Shown here: in pieces, positions 1 through 9,772 of the stretch
Numbering within the stretch: position 1 is the first letter of the stretch
Layout of the letters: every line of letters begins with the position of its first letter
Source: an uncultured Alphaproteobacteria bacterium
GTDB taxonomy: Bacteria; Pseudomonadota; Alphaproteobacteria; Methylaequorales; Methylaequoraceae
DNA: 48,128 nucleotides
Assembly (NCBI GenBank): GCA_902542925.1
Contig: CACBWF010000003.1
Location: forward strand, 1 to 48,128
Reading direction: 5' to 3'
Notes under the pieces: model-generated
Seen by the model: only the letters and a program-made list of their open reading frames with translations
What the model was told of the DNA's origin: nothing
Databases searched by the model: none
Made by a program: the position numbers and the translations under genes

Positions 1-346
1 AATTTGTTATTAGAAAAGTCGTATTTAAATTTATATCAATAACATTTTGCCATTTCTGTAAATCCATTCTCAGAAAAAGACTGTCTTCAGTTACACCAGC
101 ATTATTTATTAAAATTTCTATAAGCGGGTGCTTTTGTATAATTTTCTCAAGACAAGAAAATAATTGTTCCTTTATCGATAAATCGCATGTGAAAAAATCT
201 GTTTTATCTGGATCTTTGAAATCAATTTCATCGAATCTATCTTTTTTTCTTCCTGTCACAATAACATAGTATCCATTTGCGTTGAAATCTCTTGCTAAAG
301 ATTTACCTATACCTCCGGTCCCACCTGTTAATAAAATTTTTTTCAT
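1..346 (-). CDS. fabG: 3-oxoacyl-ACP reductase, N-terminal part (runs off the window start)
   Basis: Hand translation from ATG at 346, absent from the ORF track: MKKILLTGGTGGIGKSLA...ILINNAGVTEDSLFLRM. TGxxxGIG and NNAG SDR motifs; ATGA overlap with the fabD stop. Confidence 0.9.
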   Translation of the reverse strand, partial: MKKILLTGGTGGIGKSLARDFNANGYYVIVTGRKKDRFDEIDFKDPDKTDFFTCDLSIKEQLFSCLEKIIQKHPLIEILINNAGVTEDSLFLRMDLQKWQNVIDINLNTTFLITN

Positions 347-1305
347 CTAAAAAAATTCTCTAGAAAATGATCTATATCTGGCATTAATTCTATGCTACCA
401 GTATTTATTGGAAAATTCATTCTTTTATTGAGACCACACAAAACTTTTCCAGAACCAATCTCATAAATATTATCTACATTTAGATTTTTAATTTTATCAA
501 TAGACTCTCTCCATCTTACTTTGCTACAAATCTGTCTAACTAACAATTCTTTTATATTGTCAAATTTTTCATATACCTTTGCATCATAGTTGCTTACAAA
601 CTTAATCTCGATGTTATTAAACTCAATATTTTTAAGAGCTTGTTCCATAACATCGGCAGCAGATTTCATTAATTTGCAATGAAATGGTGCACTAACATTT
701 AATTCTATTGATTTTTTTGCTCCATTTTTTAGACATTGATTAGAAATGAGGTCAACTTGTTCAGAATGTCCAGATAAAACGACCTGTCCTGGGCAATTAT
801 CGTTGGCTACCTCGCAAACTAAATTATTTGAGTTTTCTGAAATTATTTCTTCAACGTTTTCTACATCCATCCCTAGAATAGCAACCATCTTTGTTGACAA
901 GTTTAAAACTGCATTTTGCATAGCTAAACCCCTTATTTTCAGTAATTTAGAAGCATTCTTAAGTGACAAAATATTTGATGCACAAAGTGCGCTATATTCT
1001 CCTAGAGAATGTCCACAAATAATGTGTGCAATTTTATTAAATTTTTCTTTTGATTCGTATTCAATAACTCTACTAAGAGCAACACTTAAAGCCATAAGTG
1101 CAGGCTGCGTATTTTCAGTTTTTTTTAAATCAGATTCAGGACCTTCAAAAATAACTTTAGACAAATTGAAATTTAATTCATTATCTATTTCATCAAATAC
1201 ATCTCTTGCAATTTTGTGTTGATTATATAATTCTTTTCCCATTCCCACTTTTTGAGAGCCTTGACCAGGAAAAATGAAAGCAATCTTATTATCCATAGTT
1301 ACCAT
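343..1305 (-). CDS. fabD: Malonyl-CoA:ACP transacylase
   Basis: FPGQGSQ, TQPAL, GHSLGEY and SAPFH motifs; adjacent to fabG. Confidence 0.97.
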   Translation of the reverse strand: MVTMDNKIAFIFPGQGSQKVGMGKELYNQHKIARDVFDEIDNELNFNLSKVIFEGPESDLKKTENTQPALMALSVALSRVIEYESKEKFNKIAHIICGHSLGEYSALCASNILSLKNASKLLKIRGLAMQNAVLNLSTKMVAILGMDVENVEEIISENSNNLVCEVANDNCPGQVVLSGHSEQVDLISNQCLKNGAKKSIELNVSAPFHCKLMKSAADVMEQALKNIEFNNIEIKFVSNYDAKVYEKFDNIKELLVRQICSKVRWRESIDKIKNLNVDNIYEIGSGKVLCGLNKRMNFPINTGSIELMPDIDHFLENFFR

Positions 1306-1402
1306 TTACTTTACATTACATTGAAAAGATACTTTTTTTTTGTTGATAATGATGTTATAAACTTTTTTATTAAATTAATTATGTAATAAATAGGATATCA
1401 TA

Positions 1403-1726
1403 ATGGCAATGTATGAAAACGTTTTTTTATTTAGTGGTAATTTAACCGAAAAAATGGCTAATGAAAAGATTGATTCAGTAGAGGAATTAATAAAAAAAAA
1501 TAAGGGAAATATTCTCAAAAAAGAATATTGGGGACTAAGGTCTCTTGCATATAAGATAAAAAAAAATTCAAAAGCTCATTATTTTATGTTAAATACTGAA
1601 AATAACTACGAAACGATATTAGAAATAAAAAAGAAATTAAGTATTGATGAAGATTACCTAAGGCTACTTAACTTAAAAATCACAGAATTTGATAAAAACC
1701 CTTCAGTAATCTCAAGATTAAAGTAG
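1403..1726 (+). CDS. rpsF: 30S ribosomal protein S6
   Basis: YENVFL and EYWGLRSLAYKIKK motifs; precedes rpsR. Confidence 0.95.
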   Translation: MAMYENVFLFSGNLTEKMANEKIDSVEELIKKNKGNILKKEYWGLRSLAYKIKKNSKAHYFMLNTENNYETILEIKKKLSIDEDYLRLLNLKITEFDKNPSVISRLK

Positions 1727-1735
1727 AGAAAAGAT

Positions 1736-1984
1736 ATGTCAGTTAAAAATAAACTTTTTGATAATAATAGAAATGGATTAATATCGTCCTGCCCTTTATC
1801 AAAAAAGGATGCTCCTAAGATAGATTATAAAAATGTTGAATTACTAAAGAGATATACAACAGAAAAGGGAAAAATTCTGCCTAGCAGGGTAACACATGTA
1901 TCCACAAAAAAACAGAAAGAGTTATCTCTTGCTATAAAAAGAGCTAGATTCATTGCACTTTTGCCCTATGTATCAACCCAGTAG
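1736..1984 (+). CDS. rpsR: 30S ribosomal protein S18
   Basis: [25 protein letters not shown] and [13 protein letters not shown]. Confidence 0.97.
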   Translation: MSVKNKLFDNNRNGLISSCPLSKKDAPKIDYKNVELLKRYTTEKGKILPSRVTHVSTKKQKELSLAIKRARFIALLPYVSTQ

Positions 1985-1992
1985 GGTTTTTT

Positions 1993-2928
1993 ATGGAAAC
2001 TCAATCTAAATTACCCAAACAAGTCATTGCTGTTGGGTATTCGGTAATCTTTATTACTGTGTCATATTTTCTATTGCTTAAAACATCACCAATTATATTT
2101 AATTTTTTTAATTTTCTACCTCTTCTTCTTATTGGGTCATTATTAAATACTAGAGCATCATTAATAAGTTTTTTTATTTCTGCATTTTTTATTTTTTTAG
2201 TTTTTTCTTCAATATTGGAATCAACAAATTTTGACTTTTCTTATATAATTTCAAATATATTTTTGACATTTTTTTTAGCCTTGCTTTTCGTCTCATTAGT
2301 CAAAAATAAAGGAGTCTCCTGGGGTCAAATTCTGAATATTTATACAATTATTTCCTCTTCCATTTTAACATTAATATTTTTATTCATATTTGCGGATCAA
2401 ATGGATGATATTTTTGAGGAGATAAAAAATCAATATAGTATACTTTTTCTTAGTAATGAGGGTTTCAACGAATCACAAATTGATTCATTATTTAGTTCGG
2501 TTAAAAAAATTTTTCCTTCAATAAACTTTATTTTTAATTTATTAACAATTTTAATAAATTTTTATTTATCCAACTCAATAATTAAAAAGTTTAATTTTAG
2601 GTCTGAAATTGTAGTTGATTACAAAAATTTTGAAATTGACAATTGGGTATTTTTTCTTCTATGTGCAACGATAATTTTAAGTTTGTTATCAGCCGGAGAT
2701 TTTAATCTATATTTAATTAATATATCAATATCAATATCCTTTATTTTTTTTCTAAAAGGATATAATATTTTTTTTATTTTTTTTGATAAATTTAACCTTA
2801 CAAAATTCATAAAGTATCTTCTAATAATGAATCCGAAGATAAACAAGGTGAAGAAAGTGACATTACTTCAACTAAAGTTGAAGATAAAAAGAAAAAATAA
2901 ATTTGTTTCAATAGTTATAAAAATATAA
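1993..2928 (+). CDS. DUF2232/YybS-like multi-pass membrane protein with an aberrant C-terminus
   Basis: Many hydrophobic segments; sits in the rpsR-X-rplI slot normally filled by DUF2232. The last ~33 residues look like off-frame sequence. Confidence 0.65.
   Translation: METQSKLPKQVIAVGYSVIFITVSYFLLLKTSPIIFNFFNFLPLLLIGSLLNTRASLISFFISAFFIFLVFSSILESTNFDFSYIISNIFLTFFLALLFVSLVKNKGVSWGQILNIYTIISSSILTLIFLFIFADQMDDIFEEIKNQYSILFLSNEGFNESQIDSLFSSVKKIFPSINFIFNLLTILINFYLSNSIIKKFNFRSEIVVDYKNFEIDNWVFFLLCATIILSLLSAGDFNLYLINISISISFIFFLKGYNIFFIFFDKFNLTKFIKYLLIMNPKINKVKKVTLLQLKLKIKRKNKFVSIVIKI
2817..2900 (+). pseudogene. Probable 3' remnant of rplI (acidic C-terminal tail of L9)
   Basis: An alternate frame reads SSNNESEDKQGEESDITSTKVEDKKKK-stop(2898-2900) with no start codon, at the position where rplI would end. 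Confidence 0.45.
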
Positions 2929-3885
2929 ATGCTTTTAGTTGAGCTCTTATTTGGACTGCTTATCCTCATTTTAGGAGCCGAATACTTAATTTCGGGAGCA
3001 ATTATACTCGGTAGAAAATTTAATTTATCTGAGATATTTATCGGAATCATTATTATTGGTTTTGGAACATCCTTATGTGAACTTTTTGTTTCAATCGATG
3101 CAGTCTTGAGCAATGCAAGTGAGTTATCTCTAGGAAATATTATTGGCTCTAATATAGCAAATATCCTTCTTGTAATTGGGTCAGCTGCGTTAATTAAAAG
3201 TTTTAGAATTCCTAAATTACCTAATCTAGACCTTTTAACCCATATCTTCGCAACACTTTTATTTACTTTTGTTTGTTTTTTTAGCTATTTAAATATTTAT
3301 TGGGGTATTTTATTTGTGTTGTGTTTTATTGTATATTTTTTCAAAATTATTGATAATTCAAAAAACCTTTTAAAGAGTAATGACAATAATCAAAAAGATC
3401 TGAATATAATTGAAAAATCAGTTTGGAAGAGTCCTTTTATTTTTGGTCCATTAGTTATATTTTTTTCAATTTTTTTAATTATTAGTGGTGCAGATTTAAC
3501 CGTTGATTCAGCAATAGAAATATCAAAAATACTTGGAATCTCAGAATCAGTAATAGGTTTGTCATTGATTGCTATAGGAACATCTTTACCTGAAATAGCA
3601 TCAGGGATTGTTGCAGTTAGAAAGGGAAAATTTCTAATGGTAGTTGGAAATGTAGTAGGATCAAATCTTTATAACATATTATTGATAATTGGAGCATCTA
3701 CATTCTTCAATAAATATGACTATAATTTAGAAAATATCTCTAACGACTTAATTTTTCTAAATTGTTGCCTTATTTTTTTTACATTTTTAACCATAAAAAA
3801 AGTAGTCATATCAAAAATAATGTCTATTGTAATGCTTTTAATGTACCTTGGTTATCTAGGTTACATATTTTCTAAAACAATTTAA
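2929..3885 (+). CDS. Calcium/sodium antiporter (YrbG/CaCA family)
   Basis: Two alpha repeats: GTSLCE...GNIIGSNIANI and GTSLPE...GNVVGSNLYNI. Confidence 0.93.
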   Translation: MLLVELLFGLLILILGAEYLISGAIILGRKFNLSEIFIGIIIIGFGTSLCELFVSIDAVLSNASELSLGNIIGSNIANILLVIGSAALIKSFRIPKLPNLDLLTHIFATLLFTFVCFFSYLNIYWGILFVLCFIVYFFKIIDNSKNLLKSNDNNQKDLNIIEKSVWKSPFIFGPLVIFFSIFLIISGADLTVDSAIEISKILGISESVIGLSLIAIGTSLPEIASGIVAVRKGKFLMVVGNVVGSNLYNILLIIGASTFFNKYDYNLENISNDLIFLNCCLIFFTFLTIKKVVISKIMSIVMLLMYLGYLGYIFSKTI

Positions 3886-3897
3886 AAGTTTTTACCA

Positions 3898-3906
3898 TTA
3901 TCCACA
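3898..3906 (+). promoter_or_regulatory. Perfect DnaA box upstream of dnaB
   Basis: TTATCCACA in the 80-bp intergenic gap, ending 60 bp before the dnaB ATG. Confidence 0.7.
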
Positions 3907-3965
3907 TAACTAACAACCAGATTTTTGGTGCTACATTTTAATTTTTCATATAATGTTATCTTTTT

Positions 3966-5429
3966 ATGAAGAATTTAAATAATAAGTCGTCTTCGAATTT
4001 AGAATTATTGGGTGAAGAAAGAAATACACCGCTAAATTATGAAGCTGAGAGAGCCTTACTTGGAGCAATACTATCAAACAATAAAGCTTTTGAAAGTATA
4101 GAAGACATATTAACTTCAAATGATTTTGCTGATCCATTACACCAAAAAATTTTTTCATATATAAAAAAAATTATGGAGAAGGGTCAAATTGCAGATATAA
4201 ATGTAATAAAACTTTTTCTTGAAAATGATGAAACACTAATTGAGAATGGAGGAATTGAATATCTTCTTAAGATAACTGAAAATTCATTAAGTATCATCAA
4301 TGCACATCACTATGGTAAAATAATCAGAGAACTTTCTCAAAGACGTCAACTGATAGATTTTGGTACTGATATAGTTAATAAATCTTTTTCACCAAAGATT
4401 GAAATTTCTGCAGACAACCTCATAGAAAATGCTGAACAAAGTCTATATGACCTTACTACACATGGCCAAATTAGATCTGGTCCTAAAAGCTTTGATAATA
4501 TTTTGTCAGAGACCGTTTCAATTGCCGAAAAAGCTTATAAAAAGGACAGTGAAAGTGTTGGAATGAAAACTGGTTTATCCGATTTTGATAAAAAAATAGG
4601 AGGGCTGCATAATTCAGATCTAATTATAATTGCAGGTCGCCCTTCAATGGGTAAAACAGCATTTGCTACAAATATTGCTTATAATATTACAAAAAGAAAA
4701 CAAAAGAGTAAAGAAGATGATCCTAAGGGGAATGTTTTATTTTTTTCACTGGAAATGTCTTCCGAACAACTGGCAACAAGGATTCTAGCTGAATCATCAA
4801 ATATTCCCTCTGAGAAAATTAGAACCGGGAATATATCAAAAAATGATTTCCAAAACGTTGTCAATTCTAGCGAAGAATTATCAAATCTTTCTTTATTTAT
4901 TGATGATACACCTGCTCTTACCATTTCCTCTATTAGAACAAGGTCAAGAAGATTAAAAAGGAAAGAAGGATTAGATCTCATAATTATAGATTACTTACAA
5001 TTAGTGAGTGGAACAAATATTAATCAAAGTGAAAATAGAGTCCAAGAGGTTTCAGAAATAACAAGAGGTCTAAAAGCAATAGCAAAGGACTTGAATATTC
5101 CTGTAATAGCATTATCGCAATTATCAAGAAAAGTTGAAGATCGAGAAGAAAAAAGACCACAATTATCAGACCTGAGAGAGTCTGGTACCATTGAACAAGA
5201 TTCTGATTTAGTAGTTTTTTTATATAGAGAAGAATATTATCTAGCGCGTTCAGAACCTACCGAAGGAACTGAAAAGCATAATGAATGGGTTCAAAAAATG
5301 TCAGCCATACATAATGTAGCTGAAGCAATTATAGCAAAACATAGACATGGTCCCATTTCAAAAGTTAAATTACACTTTAATGCATCATCAACAAAATTTT
5401 CAGATTTTGTGGATACTAATGATTTTTAG
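3966..5429 (+). CDS. dnaB: Replicative DNA helicase
   Basis: AGRPSMGKT Walker A, FSLEMS, IIIDYLQL, LSQLSR, DLRESGTIEQD and AKHRHGP. Confidence 0.98.
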   Translation: MKNLNNKSSSNLELLGEERNTPLNYEAERALLGAILSNNKAFESIEDILTSNDFADPLHQKIFSYIKKIMEKGQIADINVIKLFLENDETLIENGGIEYLLKITENSLSIINAHHYGKIIRELSQRRQLIDFGTDIVNKSFSPKIEISADNLIENAEQSLYDLTTHGQIRSGPKSFDNILSETVSIAEKAYKKDSESVGMKTGLSDFDKKIGGLHNSDLIIIAGRPSMGKTAFATNIAYNITKRKQKSKEDDPKGNVLFFSLEMSSEQLATRILAESSNIPSEKIRTGNISKNDFQNVVNSSEELSNLSLFIDDTPALTISSIRTRSRRLKRKEGLDLIIIDYLQLVSGTNINQSENRVQEVSEITRGLKAIAKDLNIPVIALSQLSRKVEDREEKRPQLSDLRESGTIEQDSDLVVFLYREEYYLARSEPTEGTEKHNEWVQKMSAIHNVAEAIIAKHRHGPISKVKLHFNASSTKFSDFVDTNDF

Positions 5430-5484
5430 ATTTTATAATTTAAATTTATCTTCATAAAAATTTCAATTTGGTTATATTTAAAAA

Positions 5485-6282
5485 ATGCAAAATTTTTTTA
5501 CTAACCTTCTATACTTACCGAAAACTATTGGGAAACTAACCTATCTTTTTTTTGATTCCCTAGGTTTCAAAGTTATTTTTTTTTTAAGTTGTGTTAAGAG
5601 TTGTTTCACACCTATTTACTATCCTGATCTAATTCTAAAACAAATTATTAAAATTGGTTATAATTCTTTGCCAGTTGTTGGAATGACAGCAATTTTTACT
5701 GGAATGGTTTTAGCCTTACAATCGTATACAGGATTTTCAAGATTCTCTGCTGAAAGCGCGATTCCGAATGTAGTTGTTCTTTCAATAACAAGAGAGTTAT
5801 CGCCTGTTTTAGCAGGTTTAATGGTTGCTGGAAGAGCAGGTGCAGCTATTGCTGCTGAAATTGGCACAATGAAAGTTACCGAGCAAATAGATGCATTGAA
5901 AACTCTATCAACCAATCCTCTAAATTATTTAGTGGCACCAAGAATTATTGCTGGATTGATTTCTCTTCCAATTTTGGTCTTCGTTGGAGACATAGTTGGT
6001 GTCTTTGGTGGTTATCTTATTTGTGTTTACGTATTAAGCTTTAATCCGGAAGTTTTTTTGGTGAATGTTTTCAATTTTGTTGAGTTTGTTGATATCTTTT
6101 CTGGTCTAGTTAAAGCATCAGTATTTGGCTTAATAATAACCTTTATGGGTTGTTACCACGGTTTTCATGCAAAAGGTGGAGCTCAAGGTGTAGGGCTAGC
6201 AACAACTTACTCAGTAGTTTCATCGTCAATTATGATTTTATTATTTAATTACATTCTTACATCGCTTTTTTTTCAAATATGA
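5485..6282 (+). CDS. mlaE: MlaE-family lipid asymmetry ABC permease
   Basis: RELSPVLAGLMVAGRAGAAIAAEIGTMKVTEQIDAL signature. Confidence 0.95.
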   Translation: MQNFFTNLLYLPKTIGKLTYLFFDSLGFKVIFFLSCVKSCFTPIYYPDLILKQIIKIGYNSLPVVGMTAIFTGMVLALQSYTGFSRFSAESAIPNVVVLSITRELSPVLAGLMVAGRAGAAIAAEIGTMKVTEQIDALKTLSTNPLNYLVAPRIIAGLISLPILVFVGDIVGVFGGYLICVYVLSFNPEVFLVNVFNFVEFVDIFSGLVKASVFGLIITFMGCYHGFHAKGGAQGVGLATTYSVVSSSIMILLFNYILTSLFFQI

Positions 6283-6992
6283 ACCTTAAAATAAAAATTA
6301 GAGATTTGCAGAAAAAATTTGGAAGCAAAATGGTTCTTAACAATTTAAATCTTGAAATTTTTGATAATGAATCCTTGGCTATAATTGGTGAGTCTGGAAG
6401 TGGTAAATCTGTGCTTACAAAATGTATTAATGGTCTAACAGAGTATAATAATGGAAAAATTATTTATGAAAATAGTTACGATGTGAAAAATCTAAAAACA
6501 AAAGAAAAAGAGTTACATATTTCTAATTTTGGCGTACTTTTTCAAAATTCAGCTCTTTTTGACAGTTTAGATGTAGAAAAAAATATTTTCTTTTCATGTT
6601 CTGGAAAAAAAGACTTTAGTATTTTAAAAGATGTTGGTTTAGATAAATCAGTTTTACCCAAAATGCCAGCTGAAATTTCAGTTGGAGTTCAAAAAAGAGT
6701 TGGTCTTGCAAGAGCTATTATGTCGAAACCAAAAATTTTAATCTTTGATGAGCCTACCACTGGATTAGACCCAATAATTGCAGATCAGATCAATAAGCTT
6801 ATTAGAGATCTCGTAATTAAAAAAAAATTAACGACAATAACGATTACTCATGATATGAAGAGTGTTTATGAATATGCTGATAAGGTTGCTTTTATTAGAA
6901 ATGGGAAAATAGAGTGGTACGGTCAAGTTAAACAACTAAAAAATTGTAAAAATATTTATATGAAAAATTTTATTAGTGGCAAAATTAAATGA
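6279..6992 (+). CDS. mlaF: MlaF-family ABC ATPase
   Basis: GESGSGKS, LFQNSALFDSL, FDEPTTGLDPI and ITHD; coupled to mlaE. Confidence 0.9.
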   Translation: MNLKIKIRDLQKKFGSKMVLNNLNLEIFDNESLAIIGESGSGKSVLTKCINGLTEYNNGKIIYENSYDVKNLKTKEKELHISNFGVLFQNSALFDSLDVEKNIFFSCSGKKDFSILKDVGLDKSVLPKMPAEISVGVQKRVGLARAIMSKPKILIFDEPTTGLDPIIADQINKLIRDLVIKKKLTTITITHDMKSVYEYADKVAFIRNGKIEWYGQVKQLKNCKNIYMKNFISGKIK

Positions 6993-7007
6993 CTTTAGGA
7001 CTTTTCT

Positions 7008-7658
7008 TTGGAATATAACGTAATCTTTGATATTTCTATTTTGGCTTTTATTTTTTTATCTGCAATATTAGCTTTTTCTAGAGGATTTTTTCAAGAATTT
7101 TTGTCATTGGTAAGTTGGCTTGGAGCTATTATACTCTCATATTACTTTTCAAAATATTTTGTTGATATTTTAGAAGGGATGATTGGTAACTTAATAATTT
7201 CCAAAATTCTGTCCTATGTTTTGGTCTTTATTTTATGCGTCTTTACGCTGTCTTATTTCACAAGTATTTTTTCTTCAAAAATCAAAAATAGTGCTGTTGG
7301 AATGATTGATAGGAGTTTGGGTTTTTTTTTCGGTATAATAAGAGGGTACATTTTATTATGTATGGGATTGTTCGCTTTTTATTTTTTTTTCAATCAAAAT
7401 CATCCATCATGGCTAGAAAAATCAAAAATGAATGATCTTTTGATACAAGGTTTAGTACAAATTGTTCCAATATTTGATAGTGAAAATGACTCTATAATAT
7501 TTTTAGAAGAGAAAATTAAAAAAAAATCTAAAGATTTATTTGAAAAGAGTATAAATTCTCATTTAAGAAGAGAAAAAAATAGATCGAATCTAGAAGGTTA
7601 TGGTAAAGATGAAAGAAATAATCTAGAAACGTTAATTGAAAATTTTGACAATGAATAA
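7008..7658 (+). CDS. cvpA: CvpA family membrane protein
   Basis: RGFFQEFLSLVSW and DRSLGFFFGIIRG; directly upstream of purF. Confidence 0.92.
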   Translation: MEYNVIFDISILAFIFLSAILAFSRGFFQEFLSLVSWLGAIILSYYFSKYFVDILEGMIGNLIISKILSYVLVFILCVFTLSYFTSIFSSKIKNSAVGMIDRSLGFFFGIIRGYILLCMGLFAFYFFFNQNHPSWLEKSKMNDLLIQGLVQIVPIFDSENDSIIFLEEKIKKKSKDLFEKSINSHLRREKNRSNLEGYGKDERNNLETLIENFDNE

Positions 7659-9111
7659 ATTCTTGTTTCCTGAAAGAAAAATTAGAGAAGAGTGCGGAGT
7701 ATTTGGAGTTTTCAATAATGATGAGGCTGCATCATTAACGGCATTGGGTTTACATGCTCTTCAGCACAGGGGTCAAGATTCCTCTGGAATTGTAACTTAT
7801 TCTGAAAATAATTTTTTTGGACATCGAGGACTTGGACAGGTTAGTGAAGTTTTTAATGATTCAACTATTCTATCAAAACTTAAGGGTAAAAACTCTATTG
7901 GTCATAATAGGTATGGAACTACTGGAGAAACAGCACTAAAAAATGTTCAGCCACTTTTTTCAGAAATCCTTACTGGAGGAGTTGCAATAGCACATAATGG
8001 AAATTTGACAAACACAAATACACTTAAAGAAAAATTGATTAAATCTGGTTCAATTTTTCAATCAACTTCAGATACTGAAGTTATTTTACATTTAATATCA
8101 ACTGCAAGTGGTAATCTCATTGATAGGTTAGTTTATGCTTTGCATAGTATTAGTGGAGCTTATTCGTTGTTATTACTTAATAAAAGTTCATTGATAGGTG
8201 TCAGAGATCCGTTTGGAATTAGACCCCTTGTACTTGGAAAATTGAAAGATTCATACATCCTCTGTTCAGAGAGTTGCGGCCTTGATATAATAGGAGCTAA
8301 ATTAGTTAGAGATGTTCAACCAGGAGAAATAATAATTATTAATAATAATGGAATTGAATCTATAACTCCCTTCAAAAAAACTGCATTAAGACCATGCTTA
8401 TTTGAATACATATACTTTTCAAGGCCTGACAGTACACTTGATGGAAGAAATGTATACGATGTCAGAAAAAAAATAGGTGAACAGCTTGCGAAAGAATCGT
8501 CTGAGGATAAGGATTTGATCGATATTGTAATACCAATTCCTGACTCTGGGAACGCTTCTGCTTTAGGTTACTCTAATCAAATAAATAAACCATTCGAATT
8601 AGGGATTATCAGAAATCACTATACTGGAAGAACATTTATACAACCAACAAGTAGAGTTAGAAATCTTGGTGTAAAGTTAAAGCATAATCCAAACCCGTCT
8701 GCACTTAAAAATAAAAAAATTGCTCTAATTGATGACTCAGTAGTAAGAGGAACAACAGCGACTAAAATAGTTGAAATGCTAAAAAATGCTGGTGCAAAAG
8801 AAATTCATATGCGTATTGCGAGTCCTCCAGTAAAATTTCCTTGTTATTATGGAATAGATACACCATCAGAAAGTGAATTGCTTGCGTCTAAATATTCTAT
8901 AAAAGAAATTGCTAGTTATATCGGAGTTGATTCATTGAAATTTATTACTTTAAACGGAGTATATAATGCACTTGGATTTCCATCAGGTCGTGACCCAAAT
9001 AATCCACAATTTACTGACCATTATTTTAGTGGCGATTATCCTGTAAGATTAGTTGACAAGAATATAGGGAAAAAACCCTCACAGCTATCATTGTTAATTG
9101 AAACAAAATAA
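7651..9111 (+). CDS. purF: Amidophosphoribosyltransferase
   Basis: EECGVFG Ntn start, LQHRGQ, AHNGN, DDSVVRGTT PRPP motif. ATG at 7651 preferred over TTG at 7636. Confidence 0.97.
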   Translation: MNKFLFPERKIREECGVFGVFNNDEAASLTALGLHALQHRGQDSSGIVTYSENNFFGHRGLGQVSEVFNDSTILSKLKGKNSIGHNRYGTTGETALKNVQPLFSEILTGGVAIAHNGNLTNTNTLKEKLIKSGSIFQSTSDTEVILHLISTASGNLIDRLVYALHSISGAYSLLLLNKSSLIGVRDPFGIRPLVLGKLKDSYILCSESCGLDIIGAKLVRDVQPGEIIIINNNGIESITPFKKTALRPCLFEYIYFSRPDSTLDGRNVYDVRKKIGEQLAKESSEDKDLIDIVIPIPDSGNASALGYSNQINKPFELGIIRNHYTGRTFIQPTSRVRNLGVKLKHNPNPSALKNKKIALIDDSVVRGTTATKIVEMLKNAGAKEIHMRIASPPVKFPCYYGIDTPSESELLASKYSIKEIASYIGVDSLKFITLNGVYNALGFPSGRDPNNPQFTDHYFSGDYPVRLVDKNIGKKPSQLSLLIETK

Positions 9112-9772
9112 ATTGAGTACTTTAAAAAAAAATGGAATAATTTTTGGCACCTCTTCTGTTTTAGGGTTGGAACTGGCAAAAGAACTAACTAGGAAAGGTA
9201 CAAATTTAATTCTTCAAGATAATTCAAAAAGTAATTTAGAAAAAATTAGTTTTCAGATGAAAAAAATTGGTAAGCAACAAACTTACTTACATTGTAATCA
9301 CCAAATTCCAGAAAATCTTGATAATTTAAATATAGCAATACAACAACAATTCAATAAACTAGATTTCATTGTTAGTACAATTGGAAATATTGAAAGTCTT
9401 AGACCATTAACTGACCTTAGTTTAAAGGAATGGAAAAAAAATATTGATATTAATTTGACAACAAATTGGGTTATTCTTAAAAATTCGGAGTTTTTTTTAA
9501 GAAAATCTAGAAGCCCAAAAATTTATTTTTTTTATAACTCTGAAATTGCCAATGGGGCGGCCTATTACAATAGTTATTCTGTATCTAAAGCAGCATTGAA
9601 ATCCATGGTTGACTTATACCAAAAAGAAAAAAAAAAGTTTAATTTCACTGTAAAGATAATCGATATAGAGTTAGATAAATTTTGTGAGATATCACATCTG
9701 AGACCAAAATATAAAAAATACAATTATAAGAAGGAAGTAAAAATGATAGTTTCTGAAATTATAAAAATTTAG
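9098..9772 (+). CDS. SDR-family oxidoreductase (divergent)
   Basis: Degenerate Rossmann motif IFGTSSVLG and catalytic YSVSK; usual position after purF. Confidence 0.8.
   Translation: MKQNKLSTLKKNGIIFGTSSVLGLELAKELTRKGTNLILQDNSKSNLEKISFQMKKIGKQQTYLHCNHQIPENLDNLNIAIQQQFNKLDFIVSTIGNIESLRPLTDLSLKEWKKNIDINLTTNWVILKNSEFFLRKSRSPKIYFFYNSEIANGAAYYNSYSVSKAALKSMVDLYQKEKKKFNFTVKIIDIELDKFCEISHLRPKYKKYNYKKEVKMIVSEIIKI

Noticed and set aside
746-1222. 158-aa plus-strand ORF and similar antisense ORFs (e.g. 4679-4981, 22104-22388, 23817-24353, 32450-32821, 35835-36173)
   Set aside because: They are shadows of well-supported genes on the opposite strand and carry no motifs of their own.
3886-3965. Replication origin
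   Set aside because: Only one DnaA box in an 80-bp gap.
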